Positions 53,401-60,397 of a DNA stretch of 64,000 bases are shown here, piece after piece. Source of the stretch: Antedon mediterranea (Eukaryota > Animalia > Echinodermata); NCBI RefSeq assembly GCF_964355755.1, contig NC_092674.1:15934001-15998000 (forward strand). The letters run 5' to 3'. The notes under the pieces were generated by a model that did no database searches, was not told the origin of the DNA, and saw only the letters and a list, made by a program, of their open reading frames with translations. Each line of letters begins with the position of its first letter. Within the stretch, counting starts at the first letter, position 1. Position numbers and translations under genes: made by a program.

Positions 53401-56400
53401 GCAAAAATTTTTGAGCGTGCAGTTTTTGATATAGTATATAAATACTTTGTGGATAATAAACTTCTTAAATCTTACTCAATTCCAATCTGGTTTTACACCA
53501 GGTGACTCGACAACGTATCAACTTCTTTATCTTATAGATACATTTAATAGAGCTTTAGATTTAAGGAAAGAAGTAATCTCGGTATTTTTGGATATTTCCA
53601 AAGCCTTCGATAAAGTTTGGCATAATGGGATTATTTACAAATTAAATCAATATGGAATTAATGGCACTCTTCTAAAATGGTTCCAAAGTTACTTAAACTC
53701 ACGTGAGCAACGTGTTATTATTGAAGGAACTACCAGTCCTTGGGTGACCATTACAGCAGGAGTACCCCAAGGATCTGTTTTGGGTCCATTTTTATTTATT
53801 GTATTCATAAATGATATGGTTGATAATATCAAATCTAATATTAGTTTATATGCAGATGATACTTCGTTATATGATATTTGTACAGATCGTAATATTTCAG
53901 AACAAAAATTAAATGGTGATCTTAATGTCATTTATAATTGGGCAAAAAAATGGAAAGTAACATTCAATGCTAACAAAACGAAAGCTATACTGTTTACACG
54001 TAAACATTTAGATAACTATGTTAGTTTAAATTTCAATAATGTAAATCTACAATTTGTAAATGATCATAGGCATCTTGGTGTAATGCTTAATGCAAAACTC
54101 AAGTGGGACTCCCATATCCAATCTGTAATTAACAAAGCGTCTTTATCTTTAAATATGCTACGTCGTGTCAAACATATTCTACCTCGACAGGCTCTCTGTC
54201 ACATTTACATATCACACGTTAGACCATTAATGGAATATGCAGCTCCTGTTTGGTGTAATATCCCAGATAAATTAAGTGATGAACTAGAAAATATCCAGAT
54301 TTCTGCAGGTAGAATATGTACTGGTGCGTGGAAACATACAAGTCATAATGCATTAAGACAAGAATTAGGCTGGTTATCATTGGAAAAACGTAGACAATTT
54401 CTTAACCTAATACTGTTTTTTAAAATTATTCATAAGTTAACACCGGTGTATCTTTACTCCTTATTTAATTTTTCTGACAATATTGAAGTTTATAACTTGC
54501 GTAACATCCGAAATATAATAATTCCATTTTGTAAGACCACATCATATCGTTTATCTTTTGTCCCATCTATTATAACACATTGGAATGAGTTAAATAATGA
54601 AATAAAAAATTCCTCATTTCTTGTTGAGTTTAAAAAATTGCTACTGAAATCCAATTTGTTTGAAACAAAAAAACGTTCTTATTATGATACTGGTGATAAG
54701 AAGATTAACCAAATTCACACTAGAATCCGACTTGGTTTCAGCTGTCTCAATTCGCATTTATTCTTACATGGACTTCGGGACAATCCAAATTGTACTTGTG
54801 GCTTTAATGTTGAGAATCCGCTTCATTTCTTATGTTACTGCCCTAATTATAATACACAAAGAGATATTCTACTTGTAAGCGCTAACTCAATTATTGAGGA
54901 TATCTTAGCCAAGGATTTTTCTTTAACATTTAATTTTACATTTTTAAGTGAAATTTTTATTTTTGGTTCCGATCTTCTTTCGAATTGTGAAAATGCTTTA
55001 TTATTTTATTATGTACAACAATTTCTTGTTAATTCTGGAAGATTTAATTGATGTTTCTGTTAGTTGTTTTAAAATGTTGTATTTGTTAATCTGAGGCGCC
55101 TTGAAGCTAAGATGGTTCCATCTTGTAAGGCGCCTCTGTGTAATATACTGAATAAAAAAAAAAAAAAAAAAAAAAAAATGTGGTCTTAAATTGTTCGAAA
55201 TGCTATAATGAAACAATTTAAAGCATCAGTTATTGTATTCCGTTTGGCAGAACTGAGCGATTTAAGAAATCACCTGTTCCTACTATGGCTAGACTGTTAA
55301 ATAATGTTTTGTAATGTTATTTTGATTATCTGCTTTTTTAAATATTTTTTTTTTTTAACCTGTTTTTATCATGATTGTTTTTAATATTGTACGACTACGG
55401 TTTCAGCCATTGACTGTTTGTGTCATTTGAATAAAGATATACCGATAACATTACTGTCTGGTTTTTGAGATATAGGACAACTTTCCTCCCTTATTTGCAT
55501 ATTTTATCTAAATTGTACTACTAATTTGCATACTTTTGAGGTGTGTGACAAAGGTTTGATTTTGGGAATTACAAAGTGGTCCTATGTTGGCTATTAGGAA
55601 TCTATGTCTGAGTCATTTGAGGGCAAAATGAAGTCTCTACAGACATTTTAGTCACATTGTGTATGTAAACATTGAGAAATGGGGTCAAAGGTCAAATGTT
55701 GTACTTCCGGTCATTTTTTCGTAAAATGTTTTATTAGAGTAAACATAAATATATACATTTTGAATAAATCTGTGAAAAAATTAACTCTCTCGGACTAGTA
55801 GTTTTTGAGATATGGTACAGTAACCCTGTATTATTCACCCTAATTTGCATAGTTAAGCTAATTTGCATATCATCGGGATGAGTGAGGTGTGATCTCTTTA
55901 TCATATGTGATCATTTAAAAAAGAAAAATCTGTTTGCAATTTGTTTCACTTTGGGCTGTTATTTTAGATAGATTGCCTAGCCTAAAATGTATATTTCGAA
56001 TAATTTAAGACCAAATTCAAGTGTCTACGACCAGACTAAGTTTGTGTACTTCAACCGGCCCAGCGTGGTAGAATAGCTCTACGAACGAGCGCTCGTAGAG
56101 ATTAAGGTCAGATACCAAGTTCATTACGTCACACATTCACTGGCACGTCAATGTAAATGTCCACTTAATCTCAACGTTTGTACGTACGACCCATGTGGAC
56201 GTGGTCTTCGTTCACTTCAGTTAAGTCCCTAATTTTTACTAGTGGAAGACCAAGTTGTAAATTACTCTATATATAATATTTTGCACTTGTTTTCTTGTTC
56301 ATGTTTACCTTGACGTCAAATGTAAACAGAAATTTCTCACGTTGTAGTAAACGTAAAAAGACACAATGCACCACCAACGAACCTCAATGAACTAGGCCAA

Positions 56401-58442
56401 CTTATAAAAATAATATAGCAAACGTCCATTCGATACAGAAACGATGCCAACAAAAAATATAAAAAAAACAAGTTAAACTTCAATTTAAGTATAGTATCAT
56501 TCAATCGCTCCAAATTAGTCCAACAATACATTGTTTGGGTGTATTGTCCAAGCTTCTAAGGGCGATGAAAATGGTGTTTATTATTAGATAATTATCATAA
56601 CAAAACATTGTAGGCTACAAACAATACTATGTTCAGAATGATCTACCTATATGTAGGCTACGAAAGGTTATACGTAGATACGAAGCAGTAATTTCTTTCT
56701 GTACTTTCTGTACTGAAGCTCATTTGAAAAATGAACAAAACTTGTTTACATCGCCAATCCTACTTCAGAAAGAAGGGGTATTACTAAAACCTGAAAACAC
56801 CTGCAAACCTTAAACATAGCAACATAATATAAGTTATTGTATTTATTCTTATTAATATTTGCTTACCTGGACCTCAGAATCTTGGTCAACAAGTGTCAAC
56901 GGTAACCACTGCTCTCTTCCATGGTATTTATGTAGTTCATCCCTTCTAAGAGCAACTTTACCAACAATATTTTCCAACCTCTTTATCAATCTATCTTTTT
57001 CGTAGACATAAAAACCTAAGATACGGAATTTCTTTGCAACACCAAAGTCACATTCTTCGGCCCAAAATGGACTAAAAAAAAGCAAATTTTAAAAAGCAAA
57101 TGACACTACTGGGGAGTTTATTGAATGAGAATCAAAACAAAAAAATGAAAAAAAAACATACCTTTCTCTGTATAGGACTTTTATTATCTACTAATTTAAT
57201 GTATCTCTTACCAATCAGTCTTTTCTTGAACAGCTGTACGATAAACTTCTTCCTGGTCAAGTTTAATACAACAATAATAATCTTTGGTACCAGAATAAAG
57301 GTTTTTAGCTTCTCCTGAAATATGATTGAAACAAAAAAAAAGTAAATAAAAAAAAACACAGTACCATTTGGATATTTAAAAATTAAAAATTATGATTTAG
57401 ACAGTAGCCCCAGGGCTGAGTCACAGAAATCAGCGCACACATGCAGCTGGTCCCAGCCTGGCACCGCTTTCCCTACACAAACAAACTCATATAATGAGGC
57501 TATAGGTTATAGTACGTAGTTGGCCTCTGTAGAAACGGTTTTCTGTGTTGTCAGGGAACATTTTCGCCAGTGTAGCATAGCAAAAAGCTATACAAAACAA
57601 CCTTATTGCTACACATTTCTAAAATTGTGCAGCAAAAAATACAATACAAAACTATGTTTCTCAACTTAAAAATCAGTTTGATTAGCAATATTGCTAAACA
57701 AAATTTTTTAATGAAATTTTTCCCTGGTTGTAGAATTAAAATCAACAGACGTAGGCTACATTTAGTTTTTGGCACACATGACGGCAGTAATAGCGATAAA
57801 TGAAGCATAAAAGAAAATGTTAAGCAGTTTGATCACTGTTTTCGCATATGAAAACAAATCCAAAGTCATTACACAATGATGTCACACATGTACCACATCC
57901 CCACTGGCTGACTATGTCGTAATGCAATTTTACCGTACCTATCCAAACGGAAGTTAGGATACCGTACCGTATCTTTAGCCACGCCGTTTTTTCAAATTAT
58001 CCATTGAATTAAAATACATCATTTGTTTGTTTTTCCACTTCGAAGGCCTACCTAGCTACTTAGTTTAGGCCATACTACCCTATACTAGGCCTAGGCTAAC
58101 TAAACAAATGCCTAACTTCTAGCCTAGCTAGGCCCGGGGCCTAGGCTTAACCTTGGCCCTCTAGGCCTAGGCCAAGAGCATAGGCCTAGCCCCTACTAGG
58201 CCTAAAACTAGCCCGAGCCAGGCGGACTCCAGCCAGGAGGTTTGGCCGTATAGATAGGCCTCTAGCTAGGCTTAAGTTAATTAATGTGGCTAGCTAGGCC
58301 TAGGCTGGCTATAGCTAGAGCTAAGGCTATTCGCCGGGCTATGCCTAGTCTAGCCAGACAGGCCTATGAGCCTATTTTGCTTACCAATTTTAATTTTCAA
58401 GCTTTCTAATATCCTAACATTTGGAATTGAAGGTTCTGCCAT
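9387..58442 (-). CDS. RASA3: Spliced gene: GAP1-family Ras GTPase-activating protein (RASA3/GAP1-IP4BP-like), 24 coding exons, 836 aa, C2A-C2B-RasGAP-PH-Btk
   Basis: Manual exon chaining with AG acceptors and GT donors (one GC); all phases join to 2511 nt. Motifs: [31 protein letters not shown], arginine finger [43 protein letters not shown], Btk [17 protein letters not shown]-terminal YGSEHSPIGD. Colinear with vertebrate RASA3 as recalled; probably co-ortholog of RASA2/RASA3. Confidence 0.93.
9518..10143. mobile_element. Kolobok-like MITE (AG..CT termini, TTAA flanks)
   Basis: TTAA|AGCCCCCTTCC...GGGAAGGCGTCT|TTAA; a closely similar second copy lies at 42281-44116. Confidence 0.8.
10218..12134. 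mobile_element. 1.9-kb foldback (whole-length inverted repeat) element, TGT..ACA termini, 5-bp TSD GGGAT
   Basis: TGTTGAACCCACAAATGT... and ...ACATTTGTGGGTTCAACA; arms built from CCACAAATGTGAAAAC tandem units and ~115-bp inner units; symmetry centre ~11190. Confidence 0.92.
12927..13104 (-). CDS. RASA3: RASA3-like exon 23 ([13 protein letters not shown]...[28 protein letters not shown]...TQYGSE)
   Basis: tttag acceptor, GA|GTATGT donor; lies within ORF 12884..13123. Confidence 0.93.
13186..13387 (-). mobile_element. Short Helentron-type (HINE/DINE-like) non-autonomous element, TTATCCGC subTIR family
   Basis: ACTAG end with adjacent subTIR; terminal GGTTATCCGCAAC..GTTGAGGATAACC hairpin. Confidence 0.6.
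13442..14600 (-). mobile_element. Helentron-type (HINE) element, GGTTATATGCAT subTIR family, truncated; hosts a SINE
   Basis: Same ACTAGATTTAATTCGTCA..GGTTATATGCAT end and same body as 46041-47520 and 60398-61948. Confidence 0.75.
13982..14285 (-). mobile_element. tRNA-derived SINE (copy 1) with (TAAAA)n tail
   Basis: A box TGGCTTGGTGG, B box GGTTCAAGTCC; head and body shared with 48926-49170. Confidence 0.85.
16051..17383. mobile_element. TIR element (CTCCAGCTYGATATTTGTGCCAAAATAGATTTT) enclosing a plus-strand HINE fragment that starts at ~16096
   Basis: 33-bp inverted repeat at 16051 and 17351-17383; AGTTATCCGC..GCGGATAACT hairpin; body is the reverse complement of ~51560-52300. Confidence 0.7.
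17490..17780 (-). mobile_element. Penelope-like pseudo-LTR fragment with a hammerhead-like core and a 47-bp tandem duplication
   Basis: Minus strand reads CTGAGGA-C-GATCAA(agcata)TTGATC-GAAACGTC; duplication at ~17667-17760. Confidence 0.55.
18476..18579 (-). CDS. RASA3: RASA3-like exon 22 ([34 protein letters not shown]), followed by a GC donor
   Basis: tttag acceptor; the frame is kept only with the AG|GCAAGT donor. Confidence 0.9.
18998..19530 (+). repeat. Perfect minisatellite, 23-bp unit AATTACACAACTACTGTACTACC, about 23 copies
   Basis: Read directly; no variant units seen. Confidence 0.98.
19686..19736 (-). CDS. RASA3: RASA3-like exon 21 (51 nt; [17 protein letters not shown])
   Basis: ttcag acceptor, CAG|GTATAT donor; completes the Btk zinc motif. 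Confidence 0.88.
20151..21511 (+). repeat. Minisatellite, 23-bp unit AACTCATGCCGATATTGTT(G/A)GCT, about 59 copies, embedded in a SINE remnant (~20074-21535)
   Basis: Read directly; flanks align to the SINE at 34640-34770. Confidence 0.97.
21621..21710 (-). CDS. RASA3: RASA3-like exon 20 ([30 protein letters not shown])
   Basis: tttag acceptor, TG|GTAAG donor; start of Btk motif. Confidence 0.94.
21781..22260 (+). mobile_element. 5' end of a Helentron-type element (GGCTATC..GCTCT/AGAGCGATAGCC hairpin family)
   Basis: Terminal hairpin followed by TATTGTTATTG; body resembles other HINEs; related fragments at ~25100-25560 and ~26030-26440. Confidence 0.5.
22840..24295 (-). mobile_element. 5'-truncated, frameshifted L2/CR1-group LINE reverse transcriptase relic
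   Basis: [56 protein letters not shown]; 3' stem-loop CTGGACCTCAT...ATGAGTTTTCCAG followed by AATAAA. Confidence 0.9.
24896..24966 (-). CDS. RASA3: RASA3-like exon 19 ([24 protein letters not shown])
   Basis: tttag acceptor, TG|GTACGT donor. Confidence 0.94.
25933..26015 (+). repeat. About 41-bp tandem duplication
   Basis: CCAGCAGC.AGGGGTAT.G.ATAGGAGATCATATGTCCTT twice. Confidence 0.85.
28666..28748 (-). CDS. RASA3: RASA3-like exon 18 ([28 protein letters not shown])
   Basis: actag acceptor, AAT|GTAAG donor. Confidence 0.93.
29420..29529 (-). CDS. RASA3: RASA3-like exon 17 (PH: [36 protein letters not shown])
   Basis: tttag acceptor, G|GTATTC donor; basic phosphoinositide-binding PH motif. 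Confidence 0.96.
29600..30801. mobile_element. Tc1/mariner-pogo-type non-autonomous element (TA flanks)
   Basis: TA|CCGTACAGAAAGAAC...GTTCTTTCTGTACTG|TA; related fragments at ~27530-27950 and ~56200-56715. Confidence 0.7.
31270..31343 (-). CDS. RASA3: RASA3-like exon 16 ([25 protein letters not shown])
   Basis: tttag acceptor, GG|GTGAGT donor. Confidence 0.93.
31433..31641. mobile_element. PIF/Harbinger-like MITE (TAA TSD)
   Basis: TAA|AGCCTGTTTTTCAGT...ACTGGAAAACAGGCT|TAA; related fragment at ~26610-26730. Confidence 0.7.
32034..32117 (-). CDS. RASA3: RASA3-like exon 15 ([28 protein letters not shown])
   Basis: ttccag acceptor, ATG|GTTAGT donor; KExYM motif. Confidence 0.9.
32920..33000 (-). 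CDS. RASA3: RASA3-like exon 14 ([27 protein letters not shown])
   Basis: tgtag acceptor, TTG|GTAAG donor. Confidence 0.94.
33437..33543 (-). CDS. RASA3: RASA3-like exon 13 ([36 protein letters not shown])
   Basis: RasGAP FLR signature; ggcag acceptor, CCG|GTAAG donor. Confidence 0.96.
33674..33797 (-). CDS. RASA3: RASA3-like exon 12 ([41 protein letters not shown])
   Basis: tttag acceptor, G|GTAAG donor. Confidence 0.94.
34470..34794 (-). mobile_element. tRNA-derived SINE with Deu/Nin-like central domain, L2-type tail and (AATC)n end
   Basis: A box TGGCCGAGCGG, B box GGTTCGAGGC; CTCGGATAAGGACTATAAACCGTAGGTCC..CACTTTAAAGAACC resembles the DeuSINE/Nin domain as recalled. Confidence 0.8.
35087..36075. 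mobile_element. Non-autonomous DNA element, TGT..ACA termini, TATA flanks
   Basis: TATA|TGTGACCCGATCTTGCAAAACCCT...AGGGTTTTGCCAGATCGGGTGACA|TATA. Confidence 0.85.
38035..38224 (-). CDS. RASA3: RASA3-like exon 11 (RasGAP arginine finger [18 protein letters not shown]...[18 protein letters not shown])
   Basis: atag acceptor, CTT|GTAAG donor; lies within ORF 37888..38250. Confidence 0.96.
38762..39745. mobile_element. Possible Crypton-like non-autonomous repeat with asymmetric inverted repeat and terminal hairpins
   Basis: TTATATAACACCTAAATTAATTCCTGTCATTTGA (38762) is inverted at ~39305-39338; hairpin TGGTACAAATAATGGC..GCCATTATTTGTACCA; second partial copy at ~36760-36970. Confidence 0.45.
39859..40007 (-). 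CDS. RASA3: RASA3-like exon 10 ([31 protein letters not shown]...EISQTA)
   Basis: tttag acceptor, GC|GTATGT donor. Confidence 0.93.
40152..40308 (-). CDS. RASA3: RASA3-like exon 9 (YFLKPRE...[36 protein letters not shown])
   Basis: tttag acceptor, TCG|GTAAG donor. Confidence 0.95.
40415..40522 (-). CDS. RASA3: RASA3-like exon 8 ([36 protein letters not shown])
   Basis: ttttcag acceptor, TG|GTAAG donor. Confidence 0.92.
40643..40738 (+). repeat. 48-bp tandem duplication
   Basis: TCTTGATCAACCTTAAGTGTGTGCCAT..CTAGCCTAGT twice, one mismatch. Confidence 0.9.
42292..43276. mobile_element. Academ(H)-like non-autonomous element, TAG..CTA termini, 9-bp TSD CCCCCTTCC
   Basis: TSD at 42283-42291 and 43277-43285; each end is self-hairpinned (GTCTG-GGCTC-CAGAC; AGACTTG-GGG-CAAGTCT). 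Confidence 0.75.
43793..44008 (+). mobile_element. 5'-truncated tRNA-derived SINE with poly(A) tail
   Basis: B box GGTTCAATCC; CTCATGAC..CAACTCCACTCCC body; absent from the sister MITE at the homologous position (~10040). Confidence 0.8.
44124..44790. mobile_element. pogo/Tigger-type MITE (CCGTA..TACGG termini, TA TSD)
   Basis: TA|CCGTACTGACGCGGATATAAGCCC...GGGCTTATACCCGAGTCAGTACGG|TA with repeated GGGCTTATACCCGAG subterminal boxes. Confidence 0.85.
45214..45293 (-). CDS. RASA3: RASA3-like exon 7 ([27 protein letters not shown])
   Basis: acacag acceptor, AA|GTAAG donor; resembles the EEEDVDKLEIR segment of RASA3. Confidence 0.85.
45858..45930 (-). CDS. RASA3: RASA3-like exon 6 ([24 protein letters not shown])
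   Basis: tttcag acceptor, GAG|GTATG donor. Confidence 0.92.
46041..47520 (-). mobile_element. Complete Helentron-type (HINE/DINE-like) element with (AAAT)n microsatellite
   Basis: On the minus strand: TT-AGGTTATATGCAT..ATGCATATAACC 5' hairpin, microsatellite, 3' subTIR, AATTCGTCA-TAG-TGACGAATT stem-loop and CTAG|T end. Confidence 0.85.
47834..48873. mobile_element. TIR DNA element (ATTTATCAA..TTGATAAAT ends, Harbinger-like) hosting a SINE
   Basis: Inverted subterminal GCTTAAG / TTTATCAA motifs at both ends; boundaries approximate. Confidence 0.55.
48558..48786 (+). mobile_element. tRNA-derived SINE (CACTCAGCTGTAAAATGAGTACC core, ACCTTT tail)
   Basis: A box TAGCCGAGTGG, B box GGTTCAATGC; flanking TATATTGA duplication. 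Confidence 0.8.
48926..49170 (-). mobile_element. tRNA-derived SINE (copy 2 of the 13982-14285 family) with a different 3' tail
   Basis: Head and body near-identical to ~14112-14284; tail GAGGGTCCC..CAGCAATTGCTG..GGACACCCTC plus poly(A). Confidence 0.85.
49479..49559 (-). CDS. RASA3: RASA3-like exon 5 (C2B: [27 protein letters not shown])
   Basis: ttag acceptor, AG|GTAGGT donor. Confidence 0.9.
49640..50069 (+). mobile_element. Helentron-type element 3' portion (GGCGGAGG subTIR, hairpin, CTAGT end)
   Basis: GGCGGAGGTTTGTATTCTCGGAGTACCCTCTAGT; GGGTCAAAGATCAAGGTC motif. Confidence 0.6.
50186..50265 (-). CDS. RASA3: RASA3-like exon 4 ([27 protein letters not shown])
   Basis: tttag acceptor, CG|GTGTGT donor, phase fits. 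Confidence 0.88.
51255..52853 (-). mobile_element. Complete Helentron-type element, TTATCCGC subTIR family
   Basis: ACTAG..AACTCGTCA-CTT-TGACGAGTT hairpin with AGTTATCCGC; far end AGTTATCCGCTTGGTATACCAAGCGGATAACT. Confidence 0.85.
53090..55178 (+). mobile_element. 5'-truncated, young CR1-clade LINE: RT plus C-terminal Cys/His motif, 3' stem-loop, poly(A)
   Basis: [59 protein letters not shown]; single frameshift at ~53470; hairpin 55093-55136; AATAAAA(n) at 55151-55178. Confidence 0.95.
56867..57071 (-). CDS. RASA3: RASA3-like exon 3 (C2A: PFWAEE...[33 protein letters not shown])
   Basis: ttag acceptor, CAG|GTAAG donor; lies within ORF 56852..57085. Confidence 0.95.
57212..57314 (-). CDS. 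RASA3: RASA3-like exon 2 (C2A: [35 protein letters not shown])
   Basis: tttcag acceptor, TG|GTAAG donor. Confidence 0.92.
58385..58442 (-). CDS. RASA3: RASA3-like coding exon 1 ([20 protein letters not shown])
   Basis: AAAATGG start context; donor G|GTAAG; phase 1. Confidence 0.85.
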
Positions 58443-58559
58443 TTTGATGACGGTACATTTTAAATTAGCCCATCATGATCTTGCTTGTTATACTGTTCGA
58501 TGTGTCTCCGGCGACGACCGACTCTCTCTCCAAGCGAGTGCAATTCTAATACAAATAAG

Positions 58560-58860
58560 GTTCGTGTGAATTGTTGATGTGGTTCCCCTCGCGCGTGGTG
58601 TGTGTTGCGGCGGCGATCCTTCTTCTTTACTTGACTATAATATCAGTCCTGTATAATATGGCCTGGCCTAGATCAGAGAGAGGAACTAGCTAGCTAGCTA
58701 TCTAGCTGCTGCTGACTGCACAACCACATCACGTGACGAGTTATAAGGTAAACAAACTTTCCTTTTGGAAATACAAACAGGAAGTGCTGTTTCCGGTTTC
58801 GTTACTAAAGTAAGCCAGCAGTAAAACCCGGACTTTTGGAAAGATTTCCCCACCCCCCGG
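58560..58860 (-). promoter_or_regulatory. Putative promoter / 5' UTR region of the RASA3-like gene
   Basis: Locally CpG-richer stretch upstream of the ATG; E-box TCACGTGA (~58729-58736), ETS-type ACAGGAAGTG (~58777-58786) and TTCCGG (~58791). Confidence 0.5.
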
Positions 58861-59089
58861 GGGAAAAAAAGCAGTAATATAATAACTTTGAACTAGATCA
58901 CTTGACTAGCCCTAGTTAGTCATCCGAAACAAACGCCACGTACATGTCATACACGTTAGAATATTAATTTTAATATTAATTATTTACCTCTTTACTCCAT
59001 GGTATTACACACAGAAAAAGATTATGTTATTATGACCTGAAGAAAATAAATGTTGTTGAGTGTCTAAGTAGCATGGTGAAATCAAATGT

Positions 59090-59470
59090 TAATTGCGGTA
59101 CATCTTTCAAGTTGTCAGTGTCTTCAAACACACAAGGACAAACCATGAAGGAAAAAATATTTTTCTTTTATCCTTATTTTTTCCTCCATGGACAAACCAT
59201 CTAAACACAACGGGAATCCAACACAACCAACCTGGTGTGTATTATAATGTGTTCGATGTGAATGTGGAAATGTGGATACATTGGGGAAAGTGGACGTGAC
59301 CTTCAAACCAAAACATCATCAATATATAGTAATAAGTATGCATTCCCCGGTCATAAACAACAACACCGAGTTAATTGGAAAGATGCTGAACTATTTATTG
59401 CTAGCGTTCCTTCTTGGCATTCCAGACAAACCAAAGAAGCTATTGGAATTACACCTTTAGATTGGTGGCA
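59090..59470 (+). mobile_element. Penelope-like GIY-YIG endonuclease relic
   Basis: QPGVYY..RCECG..YIGESGRDL...HRVNWKDAE..WHSRQTKEAIGI. Confidence 0.75.
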
Positions 59471-60397
59471 CACTTCGCACAAAGGTGCATCCTTCACAAA
59501 TAACAATATAAAATATAACAATTAATTAATTTACATACAGAAAAGTATAAAGGAAACAACAATCAACCCATACCCTATCTCCCCCCCCCCCCCCCACCAA
59601 ACCCCTCCGCAACATCACTCAATTTACTTTTTAGCAATGTAGATAACATAGTTATTGAGTCATGGAATTCAGTGGATCATTATGAAATGTCTATGCTCTT
59701 TTTAGGTAGCTTTAACAAAAACTATCCAAAATATTTTTACACTTTTCATCAATTAAATTATCTAGCATCCCAAAATAATATTTTCATGAGAAGTATAAAA
59801 AGTTTCAAACATATCTTTGCTGCCATTTCTATACATATCTACATATAAATTAAATAATTCCTGAATCACGTATATTAAAACTGGACAATTGATGATGGAT
59901 TTCTTCGTCCAAATTTGTACCGCATAATTTACATTTTTTATTATTAATCTGGAAAAACCTGAAAAAATAAAAAAACTTGACCGGACAATAATGCCAGCAT
60001 ACGTCAAGCTAGAAAATGTAAATTAAAACAATAAATTGATGGTTATAATAAATATTATTACATCATCTAAAAATCCATTATATAAAAGTACAGTTATTGC
60101 AAGGAGCAACTACAACTGAACAACATTCATAATCTATATAGCATTAATGATATAGCATTGAATAGAAAGAAATCATTTGATTTGTATTTCAAAGTGGCAT
60201 CATTCAATGTACCATCAGTACATGCACAAAGCACAATAAGTTCCATTTAGTAAAAAGACTAACTGCCTTATTTTACTAAAAAAATAATATAACACACTGG
60301 TCATAATATTCAATCGTAAATAACACAATGATAGTTCAAACAAAATATAAAGTATAAAGTTAATCATAATCAATATTTCATACAAACATAAATTAGA

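Noticed and set aside
53161-55051. Host gene, bacterial retron/group II RT, or programmed frameshift
   Set aside because: Motifs, C-terminal Cys/His region, 3' hairpin and poly(A) mark a non-LTR retrotransposon; the break is explained by a 7-nt insertion and no slippery site is evident.
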